DNA from: Octopus vulgaris
Lineage: Eukaryota
Direction: 5' to 3'
DNA: 64,000 nt
Assembly: GCA_951406725.2 (NCBI GenBank)
Contig: OX597830.1
Location: forward strand, 30,194,001-30,258,000
Made by a program: the position numbers and the translations under genes. Below the pieces are notes generated by a model. The model was not told where the DNA came from. It saw only the letters and a program-made list of their open reading frames with translations, and searched no databases. Positions 27,810 to 41,032 of the stretch are shown piece by piece (position 1 is the first letter of the stretch; every line of letters begins with the position of its first letter).

Positions 27810-28460
27810 TCATTTATATGAGTAGAAAGTGTGTTTCTGCCAGTGTTTACGTTTGTACGATTTTTCTTTGAGTGTGTTTACTAGGGGAACCTTAGCGAAA
27901 AGAATATGGAAGAGTACAGAGTTACAAATGTTAGAAAATCTCCTGCCCTTATCAAAAGGAAAGGATACAGACAATATGAACCAATCTAACTTGAAAATTA
28001 TATTGTTGTCTTTAAGACGCCAAACTAATTTACTTAGCCCTGTACTATGTCGTTTTTCCCTATCCCTGAATGTTGAATAGTGGTTTGAAATTCTCTTGGA
28101 TAACTGGGAAGTGGACGCTCCTATATAGAAGAAGACATCGGTACCGGAAGAAATTCTACACTGGTAAATAGAATTCTTAATCTTAGAATTACTAGACAAA
28201 AATTTAATTCTGTTGGGGTTGTCCTCTGAGATCGAGACGAAGTCTTTATTGTTATGATTGTTGTTACTATTATTAATAGCGCTAACAACTACACTATTTC
28301 TATTATTAGTAGTATTATTAGTGGTATTACAACCAGCAATACCCCCGACAATAATACCGTTATTGTTGTTACCATCAACACTACCATTGTTATTAACACG
28401 ACTAATACTATTATTAATAATATCATTGTTAACACTTTCGCTGCTACTAATGCTGCTACT
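27810..28460 (-). pseudogene. PLE GIY-YIG endonuclease fragment preceded by Asn-rich linker
   Basis: NSIYQC..FYIGAS..KRISNHYSTF..STGLSKLVWRLK..W.IL..C..LVN..E..H; frame stays open upstream through NNNGSVDGNNNNG..NNSNNNHNNK. Confidence 0.85.
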
Positions 28461-28559
28461 ATAATACTATTCCTATTATTATGATTGTATGATGGGTTGG
28501 AATTAGCAAGATTAGTGTTGGAACTCCCGGGTGAAGAATCTTTGAGAGAGGCTCCCTTT

Positions 28560-28641
28560 CTTTCCTGATGAGAAGATTGCATAATGCACCCTTTATTCCT
28601 TTGGAATGAAAACATACTGTCTTCGAAACATGTGTCGAGAG
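28560..28641 (+). ncRNA. Type I hammerhead with long stem II
   Basis: CTTTC-CTGATGA-GAAGA..TCTTC-GAAA-CAtgTG-TC-GAGAG. Confidence 0.8.
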
Positions 28642-28750
28642 TAAAGGAATTTTGTTAACATCTTCGTTCGACTCCATTCTTTCAATTATATATATACATA
28701 TACATATATATATATTATATTATATATATATGTATATGTATATGGAAGTG

Positions 28751-28807
<57 letters not shown>

Positions 28808-28869
28808 ATCCATAGACGTTCATATAATATATATATATATGCATGCATGTATAGGTATATGTTTAGCAG

Positions 28870-28972
<103 letters not shown>

Positions 28973-29710
28973 ATAAAAACCAGCATGATCCAAAGGTTAA
29001 CAAGTTCATTTAGCTAATAATACCAGGTCCTAGCGTTAATCTTCCTAAACGACCTCACGCGGCCTCTTGTGAAATACTAACCCAAACAGTGTCACTGAAC
29101 ATGGTTAGTCGGTAACTGTGCTGAACCACGTCTAATGGATTCTGTCTGTAATTTATAAAGCTTTCTTTTATCGTACTGTATTAGGACAATTCCGTCTGAG
29201 GACTGCTTTAAAGAAACACGTGCATGTGGATTGTCAATCGCTTATATGTTAATTGAAGGAGTAGGCTGATAGGGCAGTTGTATACAGATCGCCGACAATG
29301 CTGAAGATATAACTACTTACACAATCTCTTTCTCTCTTTCTCTCTCTCTCTCTCTATCTCTCTCTCTCACACACACATATCTCTAGAGGGAGAGAGAAAA
29401 AGAGAGAGGCATTTGGATGTAGTATTTTTATTCCTTAAATTAAGACGAAGAGGTCATGTTTACTGTAAGAAAATACACAGTTTTGAAACAGAACCCAAAT
29501 ATATTTCTTTTAACTGAGAAACAGTGACATGTTTGATATGTGTATAAAAGTATGGATGTATATATATATATATATGTATATACCGACGGTATTTAATGTC
29601 AGACAAATGAGAAAGTAGTGCTCAGTACATGTAGAAAGTTATTTTTAATGACATGTGAAGGTGAGAATCTGTCTGTCGACTCGAGTTTCAGCCACTGCGA
29701 TCTACATGTA

Positions 29711-30545
29711 TTGGGGCATCCCATAAATAATGCATTTTTTAAATATTTCTTTTATTTTTCAAAATTAAGATAAACAACGTTGTTTTTTTAATCAATAATA
29801 TACTCTCCATTTTCTGCAATTCCTCTTCCATCAATCTGGTAGGCTTGCAAAGCATCTCTTCCAAAATTCACTTGTCCAAGATGAAAAATACTCCTCCAGT
29901 ACTGTTCTGATATCGTTTACAGAATACATATTTTTCCCGTCCCAAAAATGTTGAAACCTGCGTAATAAGTGATAATTAGATGGGGCAATGTCCGGCAAAT
30001 ATGACGGGTGGGGCATCGTTTCTCATTGAACCTACTCCAGCCTTTAGAATGTCATCCTTGTTGTATGTGGCCAAGCATTATCTTGATGGAAGAACACCTT
30101 CCGTATAGAAACCAAAAAATGATCATTTTTCTTCTCACGCTAACTTCAGCTACTCAAGCTGCTCACGGTAGATCCCCTTTGTTATTGCTTGACTTGGGTT
30201 TAAAAGTTCAGAGTGGACTAAGCCTTTCATATCTCACCAAACATAACAATACCTTACGTGTCTGAAGACCTTCTTTAGCCCGGCGTGCCGGTGTTTCTCC
30301 TTTCCCTACTCACATTCTTCGGTGCTTGATATTTTATACAGAACCCATTTCTCGTCACCAGTCACTATTCGGTCCAAAAGAGGTTCATTGGTGAGACGTG
30401 GCAGCAAAGAAGAGCACAAATTCACTCTCTGTGCATGATTAAACTCGGAAAGTTTGTAAGGAACACATTGACCCAAATTGCTGACTTTTCCGATGGCACG
30501 CAGATGCCGATGAATGGTTGAATGACCAAATCCAAACTTTAAACT
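29711..30545 (-). mobile_element. mariner transposon, 5'-truncated, transposase pseudogene
   Basis: QCVPYKL (WVPHEL), IVTGDEKW, PHPSYLPDIAPSNYHL (YSPDLAPSDYHL) motifs; TA plus TIR-like TTGGGGCATCCCATAAATAATGC at 29711. Confidence 0.9.
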
Positions 30546-30847
30546 GACAATATTTTGATGTATTTTTAAAATTATTATCAAGAAATTCTTTTTGTCATAT
30601 TTAAAAAATATTCTAAAGCGAAAATGACTTTAAAATACGGTAAATATTTCGTATAAGACCCGTTCGTAAATAGTTTTTTTCCATAGATATTTTCGAGTGC
30701 ATTCAACGTATTTCACCTCCAAAGATTTAACTGCTATTTCTAGCATGCTCTGGTACCAGGTAGCAGGTATTTGCGATAAAGGACCCGAAATACCTGTTAC
30801 GTGGTAGCAGGGCGTGCAAGTAATAGCAACCAAATCTTTCCTTTTCT

Positions 30848-31185
30848 GGCACCTTGGGCAAGTGTCATCTACTATAGCCTCGGGGCGACCAAAGCCTTGT
30901 GAGTGGATTTAGTAGACGGAAACTGAAAAAAGTCTGTCATATATATATATATATGTATATAGGTCTATATTTGTGTGTCTGTGTTTGTCCCCCACCACCG
31001 CTTGACAAACGATGTTGGTGTGTTTACGTCCCCGTAACTTAGTGGCTCGTCAAAAGAGATCCGCTAGAATTAGTGCTAGGCTTACAACGAAAAAGTCCTG
31101 GCATCGATTTATTCGACTAAAGGCGGTGCTCCAGCATGGCTGCAGTCTAATGATTAAAACAAATAAAAGAGTAAAAGAATAAAAT
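30848..31185 (+). mobile_element. SINE B lacking head
   Basis: GGCACCTTGGGCAAGTG..GGCGGTGCTCCAGCATGG. Confidence 0.85.
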
Positions 31186-32044
31186 ATATGTATGGGTATA
31201 TATGGCTTCGTATAGTTTACGTGTGTCTGTGAACAAGTGAGTGCATATCTGTTGATGCAATCAAATGTGCAAGCTACTTATTTGACAAATTCTTTGATAA
31301 TATTTAAAACAATATCAATCTGCTAAAATTTGATACTTTAACGACCTACGATATAAATGAGCTGCATAATTATTTAAAGACTGCCAATTCAACGGCTTCC
31401 TGTGTGCGTTTGTGACGTTTGTGTATATGGCGTATGCGCATACATCTCAGTTTGACCTTTCATGTATTATTGTTTGATGTATTACACTGCGCATACGTGT
31501 GTATGTGTGCGTGAGTGTGTGTGTGTGTGAGTGTGTTTATACGTGTGAGGTAAATTGGATTTTCGTTGTTTTGTATTTAATTACACATTTTCAACTTTTT
31601 TTTTGCTTTTATCATTATTATTATAGTTATTATTATTGTTGTTGTTGTTGTTGTTGTTATTCCCTTCTATCCGTATGTATTTGCACAATCTTTATTTTTT
31701 TTTTGAAAATTTATTTATATTTGATTATGCGTTATTCCCTTTTCTTTAAACTGAATTTAATATTCCTTGTTTACATTTTCGCCAATTTGATATTTCATTT
31801 TATTTAAAAGTAGCCATGTTTGAATTCTTCTCGCCAGTCTATAAAACGTTTGGATACACACCGTTGTCTATTTTTCTTTCCACTTCCAGTTAATGCTTCT
31901 CTGCGCATGCGTGTGTGACAATACGTGTGTATCGTTGTGTGTTTCTATGTATTCATATGTGGTAAATCGCTTTATTGTATGGATTTACAAAAGGAACAAA
32001 ATTGCAATATCGGAAGAGCGTCGCACATTTTCTCTTTCTCTTTT

Positions 32045-32443
32045 TTTTTACTTGTTTCAGTCATTTGAATGCGGCTATGCTGGAGCACCGCCTTTAGTCG
32101 AGCAAATCGGCCCCAGGCCTTATTCTTTGTAAACCTGGTACTTATTCTATCGGTCTCTAACCGATAAGTGACGAGGACATAAACACACCCGCATCGGTTG
32201 TCAAGCAATGCTAGGGGGACAAACACAGACACACACAAACATACACACACACACACATATATATATATATGCATATATACGACAGGTTTCTTTCAGTTTC
32301 CGCCTACCAAATCCACTCACAAGGCTTTGGTCGGCCCGAGGATATAATAGAAGACACTTGCCTAAGGTGCCACGGAGTGGGACTGAACCCGGAACCATGT
32401 GGTTCGTAAGCAAGCTACTTACCACACAGTCACTCCTGCGCCT
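32045..32443 (-). mobile_element. SINE B
   Basis: Full reverse copy. Confidence 0.85.
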
Positions 32444-33278
32444 AAATAACTTACTTTAATAAGTTTGGTGCTTGTAATTATTAAGGCAAATCCTGCAAAA
32501 CAAGTCTATAGATGACAATCTGCACAGTCGCACGACAAACCAGAAACAATAAACGAATTCCTTCCAATCGTTCACTCTCTCTCTTACTCATTTTGTATGA
32601 AAAATATAGCCATTTCACCAAATCGTTCTTCGTTTCTAAAATATACACATATACATACTTACATATATATATATATATACATATATCCTTAAATCCTTAA
32701 AAATGTTTTAGCCCGAAGGCCGCGGCGGGGTAATGTAATAGGTATGTACTAGGAGCGCTCAGTTTGGTTTACCATTAGAACTCTGGCATGAATTGCAACA
32801 GAAATTGTGATAGTGAGACTCTCTATCAGAGGCAGCTAGAACTGGTTTCTCCTTGAGCAGGTACATATAGATTAAATAAAAAAATGAAAAAGGAAACATT
32901 TGGCATCACTCAAAAAAGACATTTAATTTTAATAGATGATATAAACATACAGTCTCTTACAGCAGTTTTTAAAATACCCAAGCATGTGGATCGTGATATT
33001 GAGTAAGGGCTGCTTCCATACGCTGAGTATTTCGTCATCAGAGAGGGAGAAGTTCGAGAGATATATAAACGAAGAAATATTTGCAGTCGAGGATATTAGT
33101 ATATTCCAGCTTGTCAAGCATGAGGGAAGGATCGGAGTACGATAGGTATATATTATGTTGATCTATGATTGACTAAATAATACAGTTATAGGTAAGGTCC
33201 ATTAGCAGTTTCAAATGAGAACGTTTGATGATAATCCATGGCAAGGAATTGTGGAAGTTACTAGATCTAGTATTGAAT

Positions 33279-33664
33279 GGATGGAAGCACTCCGTCGGTT
33301 ACGACGACGAGGGTTCCGGTTGATCCGATCAACGGAACAGCCTGCTCGTGAAATTAACGTGTAAGTGGCTGAGCACTCCACAGACACGTGTACCCTTAAC
33401 GTAGTACTCGGGGATATTCAGCGTGACACAGAGAGTGACAAGGCCGACACCTTGAAATACAGGTACAACAGAAACAGGAAGTAAGAGTGAGAGAAAGTTG
33501 TGGTGAAAGAGTACAGCAGGGATCACCACCATCCCCTGCCGGAGCCTCGTGGAGCTTTAGGTGTTTTCGCTCAATAAACACTCACAACGCCCGGTCTGGG
33601 AATTGAAACCGCGATCCTCTGACCGCGAGTCCGCTGCCCTAACCACTGGGCCATTGCGCCTCCG
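33279..33664 (-). mobile_element. SINE A, young full-length copy
   Basis: Perfect 12-bp TSD CTAGTATTGAAT at 33267-33278 and 33665-33676. Confidence 0.9.
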
Positions 33665-33819
33665 CTAGTATTGAATAGAGAGTGAAGGCAGACAAGTAGA
33701 CGGACTACATCAACCTGTCTGTCGGAGTAACTGACGGCAAGGTTTTGAATGTCTGTGTTTTCGATCTAAAATCTGAGTGTACGTCGGCTCAATACAAAAT
33801 AACAAAGGTGCCTCATGAA

Positions 33820-34068
33820 CAGTGGTACTCAGCCATTTTTTTTTTGCCTATCTTACACTAGTGGACCTCAATAATCACTTCCTGTACATAAAAAGAAAAC
33901 ATCTTACTGTATTTTTATAATTAAATATTATTATGAATTCTATAAAAATAACCAAAAATATATTTTATGCATTGAGTTAACCAATTTATTACAGATAAAT
34001 TTCTAAAATAAAATATTTATGCCCCCCCCCAACCCCGGGGCTACATGGATCCCAGTTGAAAACCACTG
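33820..34068. mobile_element. hAT (Charlie-like) MITE
   Basis: TIR CAGTGGTACTCAGC versus GTTGAAAACCACTG; right flank CTCTAGAC fits NTCTAGAN target, left CTCATGAA is a degenerate match. Confidence 0.65.
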
Positions 34069-34507
34069 CTCTAGACTCTCCTTCAAATTTCAAGAGGCTC
34101 GTAATCTATCTCCTCTGCCTTTAAAATATGGGAAGACATAGTCCATAATGGAGTCTCAAAATAAAAATATTTAAAAACAAAAACAAGATTGTTAATGCCG
34201 AAACACCTTTGAACGTATTTCTGCTCGACGAGGGAGGATTTGAAGTAGCAGAACGATAATGAATGGTGTGTTTAATCCAATGTCTGGTTTAATACAGAAA
34301 TTGCCTCACTTTTGCGAAGTTTTCTGCCTTGCTATCATTTGGTCCAGGTTTCTTCTCACAAACCTTAAGGGCATTAAAAACCTGCAAGTTTTTCGGGCCT
34401 TTCTTTTCCTAAGTCATGACAAAAATAAAGTAAACATGGGAAAATAACCTGCAAAAGTAACAGACATATCTTCCTGATATCACATTATGCGAAATATTTA
34501 CATACGG

Positions 34508-34675
<168 letters not shown>

Positions 34676-35370
34676 ACATGTATATGGTATATGTATTTGA
34701 ACACGCACAATAATATAGACTTCAACAAATATTCCAAACAGACAATATGGAGATGATGGCTGGAACGTCTTTGATCATGGCACTAATCAATCAGTGTTGA
34801 CTTGGTGCTAAACAACAACAACAACAACAACAACCAAAACAACACAAAAATTTAACAAGAAAACTAAAAACAAAAGACGAAAGACCATCAATAACTCCAC
34901 CCCATCAACACATTACCGCAAAACGAAACAAAAAAAAAAGGGGGTTCACCCCATCTAATCCTTCTTATGTCTGTGAATTTGCCCCACAGTGCTCGAGTAC
35001 ATTGAAACAGTATTCTTTACATTTCAGTCTTTCGTTTCATTTATATTACTTTTTTTTTTATTTTACCTCATTTTGTTTCTATATTTTCTGGGTTTTTTTT
35101 TATTCCCCTTTTCTATAACTTAGGACTGGTTTGTGTGTGGCATTTGATCGCGTAAAGATGTTCTGGTGAATAACTTTGGAGAGATGAGTCATTAGAGAGA
35201 TCATAAATCAACAGGAATGTTTTGTGAGTGAGGGAAGGTTAGGGGTTCATAAAAAGGATACGGGAGGACCAGGAGAGAAGAAAAGTGGAAAGAAAGAAAA
35301 AAAAAGAGGGGCAATAAGACAAACGAGGTTGGCTGGAGACTAGGATAGACATATACATGCAATTTATATA

Positions 35371-35431
<61 letters not shown>

Positions 35432-35502
35432 TGTATATATATATAGTATGTATATGTGTATACGGTGGCATGCGCACTCATACACACATACGCACATACA
35501 CT

Positions 35503-35546
<44 letters not shown>

Positions 35547-35823
35547 CGAGACGATGCCACCTCTACTTTCTCATATACGCGGTTCTATATTTTTCAGTGT
35601 CTGTCTCTCATCTGTCAATCTCTTTCTGTAAGAATTTACATCTCTCTCTCTCATTATATATACAAATATATATACACAAATACATACATACATACATACA
35701 TACATACATACACATATATATATATACATATGTTAGTATGCGTGTGTGCGTACGTATGTATATACCAAAATATATATGAACGTACATATCTGTGCATGCG
35801 TGCCTGTGCGTGCCTGTGTGTGC

Positions 35824-35863
<40 letters not shown>

Positions 35864-36440
35864 GTGTGTGTATGTGTGTGTGTATGAGTGTGTACATGTG
35901 CATATATATATATATATATTCTATTTCCTTAAATTTGTCTCTGTTTATCCTTCCGTCTTCCCTTTATATCTCAACCTTTGTCATCATACCAATCTATTTC
36001 ACCTCATTTTTCTTGCCTCTCCACGACCCCTTACACATTTGTACCACATGATTCTAACTTTTATCCCTTTGTCTATCTCTCTCTTTCTTCCATTTTACCT
36101 ACCCTTTTTCTCTTATGGATTCTAATTTATAATCAAAATGGGTATACCAATTTTCGGCATATTATGTATATATTTGTGTGAGCGTGCGTGATTGTGTGCG
36201 TTTGTGTGTTTGTGTGTTTGCATGTATGTGTGTGCGTGCACGCGCCTTCGTATGTGTGTGTTCATGTTTATGTGTAAGTTGTCGAAGTAAGTTTCAAAAC
36301 AAATATATTAAGATAAGCTTTGCTGGGTGGTAAGAATCTTGCTTTCCAACCATATAGTTCCGAATTCAGTCCCACCGCGTGGCATCTTGGACAAATGTCT
36401 TCACCTATAGCCTTGGTTGACGGAAACTGAAAGAGGGCCG

Positions 36441-36552
<112 letters not shown>

Positions 36553-36621
36553 GAGGGTGAAAAATTGATATTAATTTAATAATACCATTAATTTAACACC
36601 GAGTGGCTTAGTATATATATA

Positions 36622-36687
<66 letters not shown>

Positions 36688-36747
36688 TATACATATATAT
36701 ATGAATATATATATACATATATATATACATATATATATACACACCCG

Positions 36748-36782
<35 letters not shown>

Positions 36783-37000
36783 GTAATACAGAGATGCAGC
36801 ACGGATTTTTGTCAGTGAACAGGTCGCAGCCTCAAAGCGACGAAAATATTTTGGCAAATTAAATTTAAATGTTGAAGTGAATTTAACGGTGTTTGTGTGT
36901 TTCTTAAACGGCTTATAAACACTCTCCACGCTGCAATTGTTTTCGTTCCAGCACACGATCTAGGATCAGGTCACTTGCTATGCAAGTACATCTCCGTAAT
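36783..37000 (+). mobile_element. Short (TA)n-embedded element with hammerhead
   Basis: Shares 3' half with 23195-23300; (TA)n on both sides. Confidence 0.75.
36808..36858 (+). ncRNA. Type I hammerhead, G3:C8 core variant
   Basis: TTTGTCA-GTGAACA-g-GTCGCagcctcaaaGCGAC-GAAA-ATAT-TT-TGGCAAA; 7-bp stem I, 5-bp stem II, palindromic stem III. Confidence 0.7.
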
Positions 37001-37302
37001 ATATATATATGTGTGTGTGTATAGTGTGATCATGCTTATGAGTTACTCTGTGTGTGATCATACTTACGTATTACTTAGTGTGCGTGTGTGTGTGTTTGGA
37101 AAATAATGTACAAAATATTTCTAAAGAAATTCGCCATGATTATTGAGTTTCTCACTGTCTTTGAGTATCGTTTTTATATCACCCACCAATTTTCCTTGAT
37201 GCTTCAAAGAATAAGCCTTTTTTCATTCGAGTATTTTACAGAATGGACATACCGTGGTAAGAATTTTTGAAGAATACGTTTTTAAAAGCAAATTTCATAT
37301 AT

Positions 37303-37720
37303 AGGCGCAGAAGTGGCTGTGTGGTAAGTAGCTTGCTAACCAACTACATGGTTCCGTGTTCACTCCCACTGTGTGGCATCTTGGGCAAGTGTCTTCTGCT
37401 ATAGCCCCGGGCCGACCAATGCCTTGTGAGTGGATTTGGTAGACGGAAACTGAAAGAAGCCTGTCGTATATATGTATATATACATATATGTATGTGTGTG
37501 TGTGTTTGTGTGTCTGTGTTTGTCCCCCTAGCATTGCTTGACAACCGATGCTGGTGTGTTTACGTCCCCGTCACCTAGCGGTTCGGCAAAAGAGACCGAT
37601 AGAATAAGTACTGGGCTTACAAAGAATAAGTCCCGGGGTCGACTTTTGCTTGACTAAAGGCGGTGCTCCAGCATGGCCGCAGTCAAATGACTGAAACAAG
37701 TAAAAGAGTAAAAGAGAAAA
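37303..37720 (+). mobile_element. SINE B
   Basis: Full-length, near consensus. Confidence 0.9.
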
Positions 37721-38438
37721 AAGAGTCAAGGGAATAACACACACATTAAAAAAACAAAAAAAAACATCATGTTGTTCCAAATTCAACATGACTATTTGTT
37801 GGTTCAACAAAGAATATGAGAAATGCTAAGGAAAGAAATTTTAACAAGGAAATAATGAAATAGATTATGTAACAACAATCATATGTTAATAATGCACGTT
37901 GATAGAAATGCAAAATTGTCATGCTAAGTAAGAAGGGAACTAAGCTATACTGCATGGAAAATTTCAATGCTAATGATCGTTTGTCATTGAGTTCTAGAAA
38001 TTACTATAGAACCATAGGTAATAAAATCGCCCATGGTCAATCCGGCAGAGCTCCAACTAAGAGAATCGAACCAATCAGGATGATGAGGTCAAGTGACTTA
38101 ATTAAGAGTGCATAGCTCGTGATTTCCCAAGAGTGTAATGAGGGAGGAGAATGTGTATTGTAATAGGGATTACACCATCGGATTGCGCAATCTTTTAAGA
38201 ATGGAAACTCCACATCTGCTCATAAATTAGGTAAGGAGCATTTTCCAGAGCTGCATAATGCGAACGCAACGATGTGCACCGTGTAAAGTCAGTGGACAAA
38301 TGGAGCAGTATAAATACATACATATATATACATATACATACACACGCACATACATATGTATATACACGTATATATATATATAGATATGCACACACACAAA
38401 CATACATACATGCATATAAGTATATAATGTATGTGTTC

Positions 38439-38557
<119 letters not shown>

Positions 38558-38653
38558 CCCAAGTACACGAATATATGTGTATATGTCCGTGCAGGCGTGC
38601 ATGTCTGTGTGTAGATGGCTGCTCTCGTATGCGTATGTATGTATCTATATCTA

Positions 38654-38830
<177 letters not shown>

Positions 38831-39443
38831 AATGAATATATAAATATATACATGTGTGTGTGTGTGTGTGTATATATATGTCTATATATAGAGAGAGAGA
38901 CTCACACAGAGGGTGTCTATTAGTTTCTTGTACACTTTCACGCAACGAGTGTAATTTATACGTAGTTTCCTTTCGAAATTTCCACAATGACGACAGGGGA
39001 AGAGTGTGGCTATTGTGACTATGTTTGCATGTTTGATAACGACTTACACGAAGAAAACCTTTCAGCAGGAAATCTACTGTGTACTGATTTTATAAATAGC
39101 CACTAGAGTAAATCTTTCACGGACAAATTAATTTTCAAGGATGAAACAACTTTAGATACGTAAAAGAAAGTAAACCGCCTCATAGTGTAGGTTGCCGTCC
39201 AAGGGTCTTTGTCCAGTTTTAGGAAATGACTTCGCCTTGGGTCAGTTTAAGGAAGACTATGATGAAATTTAAGATTTACGGAGTGGTTTTCTATGCTAAA
39301 GCTGCAGCTAAGGCACCAATAGATTTTGATTTTGACATGTTGCATCAATTTTTGAGCTTCAGTTACATGCAGATGATGTCTCTGACCATTTTGCCAAAAT
39401 GTGTAACCTACTACGTAGCCATTATCAAGTTACATATAGAGAC

Positions 39444-39495
<52 letters not shown>

Positions 39496-39594
39496 ACACA
39501 TTTACACATACACACACATTTACATTGCTGCCTTTCTTGAGTATGTAAACGATTTCGCTGCTTCTTTCTCGGGAGACTGTCAGAAAGATGTAGA

Positions 39595-39640
39595 CGGCTC
39601 TGATAAGAACACAATAATGTCCGAAAATCGATTAAGGTTG
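39595..39640 (+). ncRNA. Degenerate type I hammerhead
   Basis: CGGCT-CTGATAA-GAACAcaataaTGTCC-GAAA-ATCGAT-TA-AGGTTG; G8A breaks the 3:8 pair. Confidence 0.55.
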
Positions 39641-39739
39641 TTCATCAATTTTTTCAGTCTGCGGAGAAATGGTTAAAATTTGCCTTGTTTATAATTATAC
39701 CGTATGTTACATATATGAATATATGCATATATACATACA

Positions 39740-39809
<70 letters not shown>

Positions 39810-39814
<5 letters not shown>

Positions 39815-40060
39815 GGGTACAGTATATAAAAAAAAACGTTGAACACAATGAAAAACATAAAAACAAAAACAGAAAACGAACTTTTTTTCCGAACAACGAA
39901 AAAACAAACAAACAGAGAAACGAGACTTGTAACATAAAGAATATTCCCCATCATCAGTTGTCCCTGTTTCATCTACTCCGCGTGACGAAGGCAAGGACAA
40001 AACGCGACTTCCTTGAAACAATCCTTCCCGTTTTTTTTATGTCCTGTACCCATATATGCA
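39810..40060 (-). repeat. Element related to 7300-7640, with short inverted ends
   Basis: CATATGGGTACAG at left and CTGTACCCATAT at right; TA-rich flanks. Confidence 0.7.
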
Positions 40061-40161
40061 TGTATATATACATATATATGTAGGTAAGTACATATATGTA
40101 TGTATGTATGCATATATTTATATATTATATCATCGAACGCCATGCATCTTTTTCCAAGTAA

Positions 40162-40200
<39 letters not shown>

Positions 40201-40558
40201 ATTTTATTTATCTATCTTTTGCGGTTCTGACGAATTGATTACAACATGCCCTGTGAGACGTTTTTACAGTGCATGAGACTAAATCAAAATTTGCTGACAT
40301 GTTAGCGACCATGACACAACATTAATTTAAAGGTCAACTGATGAAAGAAAAAAAAAAAGTGAACAGTGTATTAAACTGATGTCGATGTTTTATTATATAT
40401 ACTCTACGGGTGATTTCTGTATTTTTTTCTTGATTAATGCAATCGGTCCCTAAGGCAGCATCCCGCTATCAATTTCCAGATAACCGATATAAGATTCGAG
40501 CCGAAACCTAGGTGGTTTAATTGTCGTGCGTCGTGCGCATCCACTTGTTCCTGTACAT

Positions 40559-40595
<37 letters not shown>

Positions 40596-40675
40596 GGAAG
40601 GTGTAACTTATTTCTTCTGCGTTGTACGTAAAATTGATATTATTTAATAAATGATCCGTTAATGCAGATATATAA

Positions 40676-40750
<75 letters not shown>

Positions 40751-40752
<2 letters not shown>

Positions 40753-40940
40753 TCGTTAGCCACTACACACATTTTTTTTGTATCCTTGTTTCTCTCCTTA
40801 TATTTTTGTGTCCCTTTCTGCAGAAGAGCGTAGGCTCCAAACGTAAAAGAATTTTTCTATTCCTGAGCGTTATACTAATACATCTGTTTGTTTTGTACAC
40901 CACCTGTCTTCGTCTTTTGTTTTTGTCGTAAACTCTCCCC
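40751..40940 (+). mobile_element. Family D element
   Basis: CTTTCTGCAGAAGAGCGTAGGCTCCAAACGTAAAAG; follows a long (TA)n. Confidence 0.7.
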
Positions 40941-40961
40941 ATGTAAATATAATATATATAC

Positions 40962-41032
<71 letters not shown>

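Larger units (their letters stand above)
27202..28692 (-). mobile_element. Penelope-like element remnant with 5' inverted pLTR copy
   Basis: GIY-YIG coding remnant plus about 130-bp inverted repeats (27224-27353 and 28546-28674) each containing a hammerhead; TA-rich flanks. Confidence 0.85.

Noticed and set aside
29185-29235. Hammerhead-like CTGAGGA..GAAACACGTGCA
   Set aside because: No stem II, no NUH site, and the region aligns with a decayed SINE A tail
33020-33045. Minus-strand CTGATGACGAAA
   Set aside because: No stem II and no stem III pairing; likely chance within a decayed LINE-like segment
33590-33664. tRNA gene candidates at SINE heads
   Set aside because: A/B-box-like heads run directly into SINE bodies with TSDs, so they are not independent tRNA genes
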